NCBI GenBank assembly: GCA_002269645.1
Contig: NIVC01002163.1
Coordinates: 124,001-188,000, forward strand
Length of the DNA stretch: 64,000 nucleotides
Direction of reading: 5' to 3'
Origin: Macrostomum lignano
Taxonomy: Eukaryota
This document shows positions 36,701 to 50,069 of this stretch, piece by piece. Below the pieces are notes generated by a model. It saw only the letters and a program-made list of their open reading frames with translations, was not told the origin of the DNA and ran no database searches. The translations under genes were made by a program, and so were the position numbers. Numbering within the stretch: the first letter of the stretch is position 1; each line of letters starts with the position of its first letter.

Positions 36701-39700
36701 TATCGGGACTGAGAGGGAATTCCCCTGTCTATCTGCCCTTGTCGGGACTGAGAGGGAATTCCCCTGTCTATCTGCCCTTGTCGGGACTGAGAGGGAATTC
36801 CCCTGTCTATCTGCCCTTGTCGGGACTGAGAGGGAATTCCCCTGTCTATCTGCCCTTGTCGGGACTGAGAGGGAATTCCCCTGTCTATCTGCCCTTGTCG
36901 GGACTGAGAGGGAATTCCCCTGTCTATCTGCCCTTGTCGGGACTGAGAGGGAATTCCCTTGTCGGGACTGAGAGGGAATTCCCCTGTCTATCTGGTCTTG
37001 TCGGGACTGAGAGGGAATTCCCCTGTCTATCTGCTCTTGTCGGGACTGAGAGGGAATTCCCCTGTCTATCTGCCCTTGTCGGGACTGAGAGGGAATTCCC
37101 CTGTCTATCTGCCCTTGTCGGGACTGAGAGGGAATTCCCCTGTCTATCTGCCCTTGTCGGGACTGAGAGGGAATTACCCTGTCTATCTGCCCTTGTCGGG
37201 ACTGAGAGGGAATTACCCTGTCTATCTGCCCTTGTCGGGACTGAGAGGGAATTCCCCTGTCTATCTGCCCTTGTCGGGACTGAGAGGGAATTCCCCTGTC
37301 TATCTGCCCTTGTCGGGACTGAGAGGGAATTCCCCTGTCTATCTGCCCTTGTCGGGACTGAGAGGGAATTCCCCTGTCTATCTGCCCTTGTCGGGACTGA
37401 GAGGGAATTCCCTTGTCGGGACTGAGAGGGAATTCCCCTGTCTATCTGGTCTTGTCGGGACTGAGAGGGAATTCCCCCTGTCTATCTGCTCTTGTCGGGA
37501 CTGAGAGGGAATTCCCCTGTCTATCTGCCCTTGTCGGGACTGAGAGGGAATTCCCCTGTCTATCTGCCCTTGTCGGGACTGAGAGGGAATTCCCCTGTCT
37601 ATCTGCCCTTGTCGGGACTGAGAGGGAATTACCCTGTCTATCTGCCCTTGTCGGGACTGAGAGGGAATTCCCCTGTCTATCTGCCCTTGTCGGGACTGAG
37701 AGGGAATTCCCCTGTCTATCTGCCCTTGTCGGGACTGAGAGGGAATTCCCCTGTCTATCTGCCCTTGTCGGGACTGAGAGGGAATTCCCTTGTCGGGACT
37801 GAGAGGGAATTCCCCTGTCTATCTGCTCTTGTCGGGACTGAGAGGGAATTCCCTTGTCTATCTGCCCTTGTCGGGACTGAGAGGGAATTCCCCTCCCTGC
37901 CTGCTTTGGCAAGCCGAGAAGGCGGTTTTTATTCCAACACAAGATTTTTTTGCCCCCCCCTCATCGTCTGTCTTGCTTGTGAAACTTTTGCGTCAGCTGC
38001 CCTGCGCCGCTGCTAAATCCCCTGCCTCTTCAGAGGCCCCCGGTCAAATCCCATTATTAGTCAGGCCGCAGGACAGCGGAGGACGCAGTGAGGGGGGGGG
38101 GGAATCCCCGCAGTGGCTGCCATCCTGGTGGCTGCTCGGCCTCTGTGTTGTTCGGCAATTTTTCCCGTGTCTTCTACGCAGCCACCGCCGCTGCGTATAA
38201 GGGATGCCTGAGGCGCCCCAACCGCGCAACGCCGTGGGGATTACAACTGAGGGGATTCGAAGATTCGCGCCCCATCACCGCTACGAGAGCCGGCGCGTTA
38301 GGGATTTTACTATCCCCGAGCCGCGCTGCTCTGTAGGGATTGGGAATTTAATCAGCCAGACTGATCATTGCCAGTCCTTTACTCGATTTGGAAACTGCGC
38401 CCTGATCCCCTGTCCCAGTCTGAGCACTTCCCCTGTTGGTACCGCGGGGTTCTGTTAGCTCTTCTGCACTTTGGCATTGTATGAATAGGATCTATTATCC
38501 CCTAGATCTACGATCCCCTAGACTTATAACCCTCTAGATCTATAATCCTCTAGATCTATGATCCCCTAGATCTATGATCCCCTAGATCTATGATCCCCTA
38601 GATCTACGATCCCCTAGATCTGTCATCCCCTAGATCTATGATCCCCTTAGATCTATGATCCTCTAGATCTATAATCCTCTAGATCTATGATCCTCTAGAT
38701 CTATGATCCTCTAGATCTACGATCCCCTAGATCTACGATCCCCTAGATCTATGATTCCCTAGATCTATGATCCCCTAGACTTATGAACCTCTATATCCAT
38801 GATCCCCTAGATCTATGACCCCCAGATCTGTGATCCCCTAAATCTATGATCCTCTAGATCTATGATCCTCTTGATCTATAATCCCCTAAATCTATGATCC
38901 TCTAGATCTATGATCCTCTTGATCTATAATCCCCTAAATCTATGATCCTCTAGATCTATGATCCTCTTGATCTATAATCCCCTAAATCTATGATCCTCTA
39001 GATCTATAATCCTCTTAATATCTATTAAATCTATAATCCCCAAGATTAAACTTCTAGATGTATAATCCCCAAGATCGGATACTAGATCTCTATTCTACTA
39101 GATCTAAATAAATCAGCTGATCTCTTACTCATCGCACTGGCTGTCATCATTGCCTGTGGCTGCGCCGGCGGAGGTGGCGGCGGCGGTGGAGGCGGCGGCG
39201 GTGGACAAGTGCAGGTGCACACGGGTGCAGGATGGCGCAACTGGAATCTCGGGTCGGGAAGCTCAGACATGGCCACGAAACCGGCTGAGTCGTAGCTTCT
39301 TGAGCAGTCGAAATCCTGCTGAGGTGGCTCCAAAATTTTCAGCAGGCAGTTGGGTCGAATGTCTCTGAAAGCACAGGGTTGTTTATAGACGGTCAGCTCT
39401 GGGATCTAATGACAGTCAGCTTTGGGATCTAATGACAGTCAGCTTTGGGATCTAATGACAGTCAGCTTTGGGATCTAATGACAGTCAGCTTTGGGATCTA
39501 ATGACAGTCAGCTCTGGGATCTAATGACAGTCAGCTTTGGGATCTAATGACAGTCAGCTTTGGGATCTAATGACAGTCAGCTTTGGGATCTAGTGACAGT
39601 CAGCTTTGGGATCTAGTGACAGTCAGCTTTGGGATCTAATGACAGTCAGCTCTGGGATCTAATGACAGTCAGCTCTGGGATCTAATGACAGTCAGCTTTG

Positions 39701-42700
39701 GGATCTAGTGACAGTCAGCTTTGGGATCTAATGACAGTCAGCTCTGGGATCTAATGACAGTCAGCTCTGGGATCTAATGACAGTCAGCTTTGGGATCTAA
39801 TGACAGTCAGCTTTGGGATCTAATGACAGTCAGCTTTGGGATCTAGTGACAGTCGGCTTTCGGATCGAACGACAGTAAGCTTTGGGATCGAACGACAGTC
39901 AGCTTTGGGATCTGAAGGAGATTAACGGTCAGTTTAGGGATCTGAAGGAGATTAACGGTCAGTTCAGGGATCTGAAGGAGATTAACGGTCAGTTTAGGGA
40001 TCTGAAGGAGATTAACGGTCTTTTAAGAGATCTGAAGGAGATTAACGGTCAGTTCAGGGATCTGAAGGAGATTAACGGTCAGTTTAGGGATCTGAAGGAG
40101 ATTAACGGTCAGTTTAGGGATCTGAAGGAGATTAACGGTCAGTTTTAGGATCTGAAGGAGATTGACAGTCTGTTTAGGCAGGGATCTGGAGGAGATTAAC
40201 GGTCGGTTTGAGGATCTTTCAGCCTGTCATGTTTCATAATTATGTCTGGCATTCATGTTTTGCAGCTGACAGACAAGCAATGTGCAGATATGATATGCGC
40301 ACAGCACCCTCGGGTTATGCACTAAATTATGGATAAAGTTTGCAGACTGACCGAATATCCTCCAGCTCGTAGAAGACGTCGCGACAAAGCTTGTCCTGAA
40401 TGTACACCCGCCGCTGGGGGTTCTCGGCGAACCACTGGATTCCCGTGATCCATTGTGGAAACGCTCTGGCGAACAGGGATTTAACGGAGTCGACTGCCGC
40501 CAGCTTGCCCGGCTGCTGGACCCGCCTGACGTTATCGCGAAAGATGAGGAACAGCGGACCTGGACGGAGGGAGGAGGGTTCGAACTGGAGTCCCGCCCAT
40601 CAATCATGCCGATGGCGGATGGCTTGCAGCTGGGGTGGTCGATTTCTCCCTACTTGGGTGGGAGCCGCGAGGGAGTCTGTGACTGTGAATTTTATATAAA
40701 AGCATAACCTACTCGAATGTTGTTCAACTTGTTTGTTGCAAGTAGGGGTGTTCGGGGTTCGGGGTCGGGTCGGGTTTCGGGTCGGGTTTTGGTACCGGGT
40801 TCGGGGTTCGGGGTAGGTGTTCCGGGTCGGGTTCGGGGTTCGGGGTAGGGGTACCGGGTTCGGGGTTCGGGTCGGGTTTGGCCACCGGGTTTTCGGGGTT
40901 TTCGGGGTTTTGAACAATATCATTCTCAAGAGTATTTTCAAGCACTTTTTTACTCCTTATGCAAAATCCACAATGCGAAAGATATGCATTGAGTTTCAGG
41001 TACAACTTAAGTTATATTTTACATACAATTTGAAACAGAAATAGCAGATAGAACCATGGATTCATTTACACTTTCTGGTAAATAACGATTGTCGTTTTTC
41101 GACCCATTCAGTATTGCAGTTGATGATTTAAAAAATTACGTTCAGTAATAATTTTACATGTGCTACGTGTAACATGGTCTGAACTTCTGGATTGGATGAG
41201 GAAGCTAAAAATTTATAAATACACTATTATTCTCCACGCATCAGTCGCCAATAATCAATTATCACAATGATTACCTACTCATATCAGCATACAATTTTAT
41301 GTAAAGACGTCACTTTAGTTTTTACATAGCAATTCTGTTATACCACTACTGACTTACTGTTAACTGTAATCAAAAGTAAAAATATATATATATTTGTGAT
41401 TAACTCTCCTGTTTCATTGTTTCATTGTTTTATCTGTGCTATCTCTTTATCGCTCTAGTTCTATCTCTACTGATATCTACACTACAGGGTATAATCTAAT
41501 TTTATTGTACTCTATTTTTGCAGCTTAAATAAACTCATAGATGTAATATTACTATGAAAGCAATTTCGTTGTAAGTATAGGTACGAAATGGTCCTGATTT
41601 TAGTTGTGACCTTTCATGTATCTTACTATTAGATCTTGGGTCTTGGTATTCCTTCCATCTCAATCCCAATCCCATTGCAAGAAGTGTTTCATATTTCTTT
41701 TCCTAGTTGTAGAGTAGCTAAGGGAAATAAAACCACAAGGCTAAGTGGTTGAAGCTGTTAAGGCACATCTCAATATATAAAACTGAATTTAAAACTGAAA
41801 TTCAAAACTGAAAACTGAAAAATTGAAAACTGAAAACTGAATTTATTAAAATGATTGACCAAAATAAGCGTGAAAATGTTCGGGGTTACGTTCGGGGTCG
41901 GGTCGGGTTTTGGTACCGGGTTCGGGGTTCGGGGTTGGAAGAAATGTTCGGGACGGGGTTCGGGGTTCGGGGTAGGGGTACCGGGTTCGGGGTAAACCCC
42001 GAACCCCGAAAAAATGGCCGACCCGAACACCCCTAGTTGCAAGGCATTTAGGAAGCACTTTTCCAGCATTTTTGCCAGACAGAAGTCCAATTTGTGATCT
42101 AGAAGTCTGATTCCGTGATCTAGAAGTCTCATTCTATGTTCTAGAAGTCTGATTCCGTGATCTAGAAGTCTGATTCCGTGATCTAGAAGTCTGATTCCGT
42201 GATCTAGAATTCTCATGATTCCGTGATCTAGAAGTCTCATTCTATGATCTAGAAGTCTGATTCCGTGATCTAGAAGTCTCATGATTCCGTGATCTAGAAG
42301 TCTCATTCTATGATCTAGAAGTCTGATTCTATGATCTAGAAGTCTCATTCTATGATCTAGAAGTCTCATTCTATGATCTAGAAGTCTCATTCTATGATCT
42401 AGAAGTCTGATTCTATGATCTAGAAGTCTCATTCTATGATCTAGAAGTCTCATTCTATGATCTAGAAGTCTCATTCTTTAATCTAGAAGTCTCATTCTAT
42501 GATCTAGAAGTCTCATTCTATGATCTAGAAGTCTCATTCCATGGTCTAGAAGTCTCATTCCATGGTCTAGAAGTCTCATTCCATGGTCTAGAAGTCTCAT
42601 TCTGTCATTAGAAGAACATATAGATCACAAAAAAATTTACGACTGGAGAGACGGTGTAGTAAAGAGTCAATAAGCACGCAATATACTTATTAATCAATGG

Positions 42701-44548
42701 CTGGTCTCAGCGCATTTGGATTTGCCACCAGCCACTGATCCCCCCCTCCCCAACTCACCGCTGGCAGCCGATTTCGAGCTTTTAATCCGTCGAATAGCGA
42801 ACAGGCTCAGGCCGCTTTTGCCGCCGGCTTTGCCAGTCGCCGCCTTGTCTGGCAGTTCGTGCATGTTGCCCAGGCTGCCTGCCATTGGCAGATCGCCGTA
42901 GCAGTGCCTGCCGTCTGCCAGGCCCTGTTCAGTGTTTGAGCAATCAGATTTGACAGAAATTTTTGCTCTTCTCTGAAGCGAAATTTTTAAACACAATTAA
43001 AAGACTGATAAAATAAGCAGGTTTGCTGAAGTTCGCCAGGTTGCTTCCTGACTGACTCTTCCCCGTCCTGACACTTCCTAGTCCTGACACTTTCCAATCC
43101 TGACACTTCCCGTCCTGACACTTCTAGTCCTGACACTTCCCAATTCTGACACTTCCCAATCCTGACACTTCCCAGTCTTGACACTTCCTAGTCCTGACAC
43201 TTGCCAGTCCTGACACTTCCTAGTCCTGACACTTCCCCGTCCTGACACTTCTAGTCCTGACACTTCCCAATCCTGACACTTCCCCGTCCTGAACATTCCC
43301 CGTCCTGACACTTCTAGTCCTGACACTTTCCAGTCCTGACCCTTCCCAGTCCTGACACTTCCCCGTCCTGACACTTCCTAGTCCTGACCCTTCCCCGTCC
43401 TGACACTTCCTAGTCCTGACACTTCCCCGTCCTGACACTTCCTAGTCCTGACACTTCCCCGTCCTGACACTTCCCCGTCCTGACACTTCTAGTCCTGACA
43501 CTTTCCAGTCCTGACACTTCCCAGTCCTGACACTTCCTAATCCTGACACTTCCCAGTCCTGACACTTCCACGTCCTGACACTTCCTAGTCCTGACACTTC
43601 CCCGTCCTGACACTTCCTAGTCCTGACACTTCCCCGTCCTGACTCTTCCCCGTCCTGACACTTCTAGTCCTGACACTTTCCAATCCTGACACTTCCCAAT
43701 TCTGACACTTCGCAGTCCTGACACTTCCCAATCCTGACACCTCCCAGTCCTGACACTTCCCAGTCCTGACACTTCCTAGTCCTGACACTTCCTAGTCCTG
43801 ACACTTCCCCGTCCTGACACTTCCTAGTCCTGACACTTCCCCGTCCTGACACTTCCTAGTCCTGACACTTCCCCGTCCTGACACTTCCTAGTCCTGACAC
43901 TTCCCCGTCCTGACACTTCCTAGTCCTGACACTTCCTAGTCCTGACACTTCCTCGTCCTGACACTTCCTAATAAATCTGACAAATCCAATCCTGACGCTT
44001 CCCAATTCTGACACTTCTCAATCCTGACACTTCCCAATCCTGACACTTCCCAGTCCTGACACTTCCCAATCCTGACACTTCCCAGTCCTGACACTTCCCA
44101 ATCCTGACACTTCCCAATCCTGACACTTCCCAGTCCTGACACTTTCTAGTCCTGACACTTCCTAGTCCTGACACTTTCTGACGTTCTCGCAAAGAAGAAA
44201 TTCTTCCTGTTGTGAACTATTAAATTTCAATTTTTCCCATTCTTAAGAGTGGTCAAGTCTCAGTGGCAATTTTTTTCGGCCACCTCCCCAGACTCTCCGC
44301 CTCACCCGTCCTCTCTGAGCTGAGTAGCTGCTGAGCAGCGGACTCGCTGGGGTGCTGCCGGTGCTGCCGCCTGCCGTCAGCCGCTCCCGCCAGCCACCGC
44401 CGCCGTTCCCGAAGCTTCCTCCGTAGCCGCAGGCGGCGTCCTCTGAAGTGACGGAGCCGGACCTTGCTGACCGCGGACCCGCCGGCGCCGCCGCCGTGAG
44501 GTTCCGGTGCTGCCCAGTCCGACCGGAAGAAGACGGATCCTGCAGTTC
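33743..44548 (-). CDS. AIP3-domain coiled-coil protein, SRCIN1 (p140Cap)/KIAA1217-like; exons 44548-44306, 42924-42759, 40559-40352, 39364-39129, 35926-35726, 35533-35346, 35127-34730, 34463-34337, 34252-33743 (759 codons, N-terminus further upstream)
   Basis: All eight introns are GT-AG with consistent phases. GPLFLIFRDNVRRVQQPGKLAAVDSVKSLFARAFPQ...RRVYIQDKLCRDVFYELEDIRDIRPNCLLKI resembles, from memory, the GVLFLQY...LFVSAFPQ...YIKD...YYEL.DVR.I..RSLLK block of p140Cap/KIAA1217, followed by Pro-rich and coiled-coil segments. Confidence 0.85.
36445..37890. repeat. 39-bp intronic minisatellite with internal palindrome GGGAATTCCC (about 37 copies)
   Basis: ttgtcgggactgagagggaattcccctgtctatctgccc; no spacers. 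Confidence 0.95.
38480..39100. repeat. 15-16-bp intronic minisatellite (tagatctatgatcccc)
   Basis: Direct reading. Confidence 0.9.
39395..40200. repeat. Adjacent related arrays: 23-bp (gggatctaatgacagtcagcttt) then 30-bp (gggatctgaaggagattaacggtcagttta)
   Basis: Direct reading; together they fill most of intron 39365-40351. Confidence 0.92.
40743..42035. mobile_element. Non-autonomous hAT-type DNA transposon (1293 bp) in an intron
   Basis: TIR TAGGGGTGTTCGG / CCGAACACCCCTA; perfect 8-bp TSD GTTGCAAG (40735-40742, 42036-42043); subterminal TTCGGGG repeats. Confidence 0.9.
42095..42600. repeat. 21-bp minisatellite (gatctagaagtctcattctat)
   Basis: Direct reading. Confidence 0.92.
43060..44175. 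repeat. 15/16-bp minisatellite (tcctgacacttcc[c/t]ag)
   Basis: Direct reading. Confidence 0.93.
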
Positions 44549-45094
44549 CTGAGGTTGATCAAAAAAGAAGAAAACTGATGGGCGGCTCCAGTCAAAGCCG
44601 ATGTTATCTCAGTTGCCAGGCAGATTGAGCAGCTGATAAGTTGGCATTTGGACTTGGCCTGTCGGTCGGCCTGAACTGACAGTGCAGAAACTTTTTTATG
44701 CCAGCTTGAGCAAGTCCGTCTGCCATCCACTGTCATGCTTTCCCCGTCATTCAACCCGCGCTCTTGCTCCATTCTCGTCCTTCGTGACAATGCAAGCCCT
44801 TAGCCCTGCTGGCCCTGTTTGAGTGAGTGCAGCGCGTGCGAAGCTGTGAGCTGTTTGCACTTGAGAAGCCTCAGCAGGAAGCCTTTGGGTTAAGTCGTTG
44901 GCTCCCTCCCTAATTCTCTATGTTTGTCTGGGTGAGCACCATCCATTGTACACTCGATATCGGCTGTCCTATGTGATTGCTCAGGTGTGAATTCAGCCTG
45001 CTTAACTTGGTTGGATAGTTCTCGATGGCTCATTGAAAGAAATATTCACTTGAGGGATTTGTTCATGCATGCAATATAGAAATCATAGTATTGT

Positions 45095-45400
45095 GCCGAT
45101 TCTAAAAATAGAAGCATTCAGTCTTATCTGGTGACTCATTTGGGTTGCACTGATAGCGGATTCTAAAAATAGAAGCATTCAGTCTTGTCTGGTGACTCAT
45201 TTGGGTTGCACTGATAGCGATTCTAAAAATAGAAGCATTCAGTCTTGTCTGGTGACTCATTTGGGTTACACTAAAGGGATTCTAAAAATAGAAGCATTTA
45301 TTGATTACCCCTATTGGTTGCACTGATAGCGTTTCTAAAAATAGAAGCATTTAAGTCTTGTCTGGTGACTCATTTGGGTTGTACTAAAGGGATTCTTAAA
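45095..45400. repeat. Tandem repeat of about 57-60 bp, about 5 copies
   Basis: gattctaaaaatagaagcattcagtcttgtctggtgactcatttgggttgcactgatagc. Confidence 0.85.
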
Positions 45401-46135
45401 GGGATTCTGACTCATACCGAATAAACAAAATATAGCGACTCTAAAATTAGAATAGCTTCTCGGTATCATGCTTATATCGGCAAATGGCTGTCTGCTTCAA
45501 AATCAGTGTGCACTATTCAATCAGCCATTGGCTGCTAAAAAATATGATCCCGATCACTTGGTAGAAAAATTAAAATGCAGCCTGGCCAGGCTAGCAATAT
45601 GGAATTCGGCACCGTCTGACAGCTCGATGCGGAATAGAGAAAATGAATGCTTTTAATATTTATTTTTGCAGACGGCCAGCGGGCTCAATCGAACCGCTTG
45701 GTAGGAGATGCGGCAGGCGTGCCCCAACAGATCTTCTGCTCTTGGAAATCTGCTCTTAGAGGCGAGCTTGAAACGCTTGAGCAGAGGAGGGAATTCTAGA
45801 TTGCGAGAAAAAGCGCCAGGCGACAGGCAAGTGGCTCTCGGCCTGTGGCGGAGAGACAGAAGTGTGGGAAGAATTTATGGAACAGTCCGCCCGGCTTGGG
45901 GGCGGAGGGGATCGGGGCAGGGAGCCCTCGTGGAGTGGCCGAAAGCAAGTGGAGGCCGGCGTGCTCTGAATTCCCGGCACCCCTGCTGTTTTCACACTTC
46001 CCTTCCCTCCACCGCCATTTCTGAAATGGAGAGAATTTTTTCTTCTTTCAGCCTCTGTCTTCTTGAGTAGGGCGGCCGCTTCCCCAGGGGAGGTCCGGGG
46101 GCTGCGGCAGAGGAGCTGCTGGCAGAGGAAACTGC

Positions 46136-46136
<1 letters not shown>

Positions 46137-46221
<85 letters not shown>

Positions 46222-46300
46222 CAGGCAGGCAGACAGACAGACAGGCAGGCAGACAGGCAGACACACAGGCAGGCAGGCAGGCAGACAGGCAGGCAGGGGC
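46137..46300. repeat. Compound (GATA)n/(CAGA)n/(CAGG)n microsatellite
   Basis: Direct reading. Confidence 0.95.
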
Positions 46301-47569
46301 GGTAAGCAATTAGCCGCAAGCAGCCAGCCATACAAATTGGCCGCAGGCAGGAAGCACTCTGAAAGCAGTTCAGAGAGGTCAACTTTGTCCAACTCATTAA
46401 CCGAAATTAGCCCAGCCCCCACGGTAGGAGACAAAGAATGAGGAGTCCTGGCCGTGAGCTCACGCGGCAATGCCAAAGCCTGCCCCCAGCTCTGAGCAGT
46501 CTGGGGCGAAGACAGCGATGAGGAAATGCCTGACTTGCCGCTGCAGAGGTGCAGCGGGGCCCCCCCTGCGCACCTGCAGCAGCTTCTTCTGCTGCTGTTT
46601 CCTCCCTTGCACTGCCTCCGCTGCCAGCCGCAGTTGCACAAGAAGTGCGCAAAAAATTGGAGGGGAAAAATGCACGACAAGTTGTGGGTGGGGAATGGAG
46701 ATATTGGGGAAAACTGTCATGGGATTCGTATTTGCTATCGGGGAGGGGGTTGTGTCCCCGTCTCGCGCTTCCCTCCCTGATCCCGCTCTGCGGCTTCATT
46801 TTCAGGCGGCCGTGAGTGCCAAGCAGCGCAGCTGGTCGCTCCTGATAGTCGCTTGTCTGTCGGATTGTCTGGTTTTTTGAAAGGCATTTTGATCCCCAGA
46901 GAGAGAGAGGAGACGGAGAGAAGGGGCAAGGGGGAGAGCTAGGGAAGATTCTCTCCTCAGGGGGGACTATCTGGAAGTCTTTTTCCCAGCCAAGCCCGAC
47001 TGAAGTCCCAATTGGTAGGAGAAATATACTTGAGGTACCACGCGGCGCGAGCAAGCGTTTCTTACAAAAATTTAACCGATTGAGAGCGAGCCAGGTGCGC
47101 GAAGCTGCTTTTTCTAAGAAAAATTCCTTGTTCCCCGGTGTGTTTCGGGAAAGTTTCTGCTCGTTTCTTTCTCGCGCACCTGACATTATGGATAGTTCGA
47201 GAGAGTGGAGGAGCCAATGAATTCGGAGACTAAATGTTGCCTGTTGCCATGCAATTAGCAGCATAATTCGCTGAACCCTAAATCTTATAGTAATTATTTT
47301 GGCCCAATAAAGTCCTCATAAAAATTTTTTCGTCCTACTTTAGAGTGATCCCTAGCCCGAAAGATGCTTATCTGCAGCTTCTTGGTCAACGGAGCTCTCT
47401 GACTGCTTTTATTGGCGGCCGCACGTTAAAGCAGAAACTACGGCAGAGAAAAGAGTTGCAGGAACTGCTGGCGTCTGCAACTTCTATAGAACAATAATTA
47501 CGAGTGTACTCGTAATTATTGTCAATGCAAAGTTATGTGCAGAAATTTGCTTGCAAGCAAACACTACAA

Positions 47570-47790
47570 AGGGAGTGGGGGAGAGTGGGAGAGTGAAGGA
47601 AAGTTGTGGAGAGTGGGGAGAGTGGGGAGAATGGAGGAGAGTTGAGGAGAGTGGGGGAGAGTGGGGGGGGGGGGGGAGTGGGGGAGTGAGGGAGTGGGGG
47701 GAGTGGGGGAGAGTGGGGAGAGTGGGGGGAGTGGGGGAGAGTGGGAGAGAGTGGGGGGATTGGGGGGGGAGTGGGGGAGAGAGCAGAGAG
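47570..47790. repeat. G-rich GGGGAGAGT low-complexity tract
   Basis: Direct reading. Confidence 0.85.
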
Positions 47791-48304
47791 CAGAGAGTGG
47801 TTGCTGGTGGGGGAGACAGGCAGATAACGCAGTGCCCATATCAAAAGACCCCGCTGACAGCGCGCACAGCAGGACAAAAATGTGCACCCAGCTCGCATCC
47901 CGGTCGAGAAGAATGAAAGCGGACTACCCGCTTTGCCGAAAGATCTCAGACGGACTTCTCAGAACGCAACAGGAGAGTCGGCGGAGATGAGGAAGAATGA
48001 GCAGAGCTCAGCGGAACTCGGCAGGCTGGTGCAGCATTGAAGGAAATTGGCTCGCTGGGATAATAAAGCTGTCAGGCCTGGTTGGTCAGCGCAAAAAACT
48101 CCCAATATTCCCCATCCTTATTCAGCGAGCAAATCCTGATCCCCTGCCCAGTTGCACTTCCCTTTAGCTGTTGACTTCCCTTGCTGGAGACTCGGGGATG
48201 AGTAATGGATTTGGGGACGAAGGAGCAATAGGGTGTGTTGAAGCTCGCGGCGTTGACTGATGGCGGCGATTTTTGGTTTCTTTGGAATCCTTGATCCATG
48301 CTGG

Positions 48305-48541
48305 ATTCAAGGACACTGAGGCAGATTCAAGGACACTGAGGCAGATTCAAGGACACTGAGGCAGATTCAAGGACAGTCAGTCTGTCAGTCAGTCAGTCTG
48401 TCTGTCTGTCAGTCAGTCAGTCAGTCAGTCAGTCAGTCTGTCTGTCTGTCTGTCAGTCAGTCAGTCAGTCAGTCAGTCAGTCTGTCTGTCAGTCAGTCAG
48501 TCAGTCAGTCAGTCAGTCAGTCAGTCAGTCAGTCAGTCAGC
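48305..48541. repeat. 20-bp repeat x3 (ggcagattcaaggacactga) followed by (TCAG/TCTG)n
   Basis: Direct reading. Confidence 0.9.
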
Positions 48542-48984
48542 ATGCCGCAGCATCATCTGTCACGAATGCTTACGTCGGGCCAAGGGGTGAAGCTGTGTCC
48601 CTAATCCCTTTCAGTCCCAAATGCCCCTCAGTTCTCCCCAGCAGCATGCGACACCGAGGCGGCTGCTGCAGGCCAAGAGGTCGCGTCTGGGGTGACGCGC
48701 CACGAGAGAGTGATAAACAATTAGCGGCTTTGGCCGCAACTCTTCCCTCGCGCCCCTGATGCCCATTTGCCTATTCCTTTTTCTTATCCCACATTTCCCA
48801 TATTTAGGAGACCATGGTAACAAATTTGGTCACAGTCAAGTGTGGGAAAGTTTAAACCTTAAGTTTTCAAGGGATAAAACATTAGGGTGTGTAGTCAGTG
48901 CAGGACTGTTCGCAGTGCATCAGCAGCTGCGTGCCACTTTTAGGATTTTTTGTTAGGAGGTTCAAAGTGGCGTCTCCAACATAC

Positions 48985-49390
48985 AAAATGTCGTCTCCAG
49001 CATTCAAAACAGCGTCTCCAGCATTCAAAACAGCGTCTCCAGCATTCAAAATGGCGTCTCCAGCATTCAAAATGGCGTCTCCAGCATTCAAAATGACATC
49101 TTTAACATTCAAAATGACGTCTTCAATATTCAAAAATGGCACTCCAAACATCAAAATGGCATCCTCAACAGTTTAAAATTGCATCACTAGCATTTCAAAT
49201 GGCGTCTTCAATATTTATAATGGAATTTTCAACGTTCCAAAATGGCACTTCTCACATTCAAAATGGCATCTTCACCATTCCAAAATGGCACTTCTCACTT
49301 TCAAAATGGCATCTTCACCATTCCAAAATGGCACTTCTCACATTCAAAATGGCATCTCCAAAGTAAACAATGACGTCTCCAGCATTCAAA
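48985..49390. repeat. Degenerate 21-bp minisatellite (cagcattcaaaatggcgtctc)
   Basis: Direct reading. Confidence 0.85.
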
Positions 49391-50069
49391 AGTGGCAATT
49401 TTCAAGCTCAAAGCTGCTCAAATCCCGTATACAGGTTATTAAACTCGTCTCATCGCACGGCAAACGCGGTCTTAATTAAGAATCTCTAAATTTCCAGCTC
49501 CCATAGGGATGCCTCTCAGCCTCTCTCTCAGCCTCATCAACTCTTCGCCCAGCCCCTGGAGGAGTTGATTGAGTAGCCATCCAAGCTCAAGTTTTCAAGC
49601 TTAGCAGTGGCGAGCGAACAATGTAAAAAAATTAAGGTAGTTTTTTTTAAAGCCCGCCTCTCTTAACAGGTCCGCGCCTGGCTGGAGTGATGAGGTATTG
49701 ATCGCTTCTCAGGCCTGGCCTACTGCCTGCTTTGTAGCCACACATCTACCTGCTAATCAGAGGTGTAGGACAAGAAACAGCACACCTGAGAGTGAGAGAG
49801 AGATGGCAATATCATAGTGTACTGGCTTGTGTATTACTTAGTACGAATATTATATGTGAAGGTAGGTGGTCAACCTAATTTCATTAAGTCTTATATACTT
49901 ATTTATATATCAGGGATGCGCGCCAATTTCCTGATCTCTGATGCCCCAAGTTCCTGAATGCTCTTAGACATTAATTTATAGACTTAGTAGGCCATTAGAG
50001 AGTATTGCAGCACTCTGTGTGCGGGAGTTGCTGCGGTTTGAAAGACTGCGTGAAGTTAAATTTTGAGAG

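Noticed and set aside
36445-37890. CRISPR-like array (39-bp palindromic repeats)
   Set aside because: No unique spacers, no cas genes, eukaryotic intron context
46010-46680. Two further upstream exons of the AIP3-domain gene (about 46464-46660 and 46010-46130)
   Set aside because: Phase-compatible joins can be drawn, but splice sites are weak and the frame is ambiguous; not annotated
49687-49790. C/D snoRNA (GTGATGA...CTGA) or U2-like ATCGCTTCTC
   Set aside because: Antisense to the presumed host gene, no terminal stem, and the U2 match ends after 10 nt
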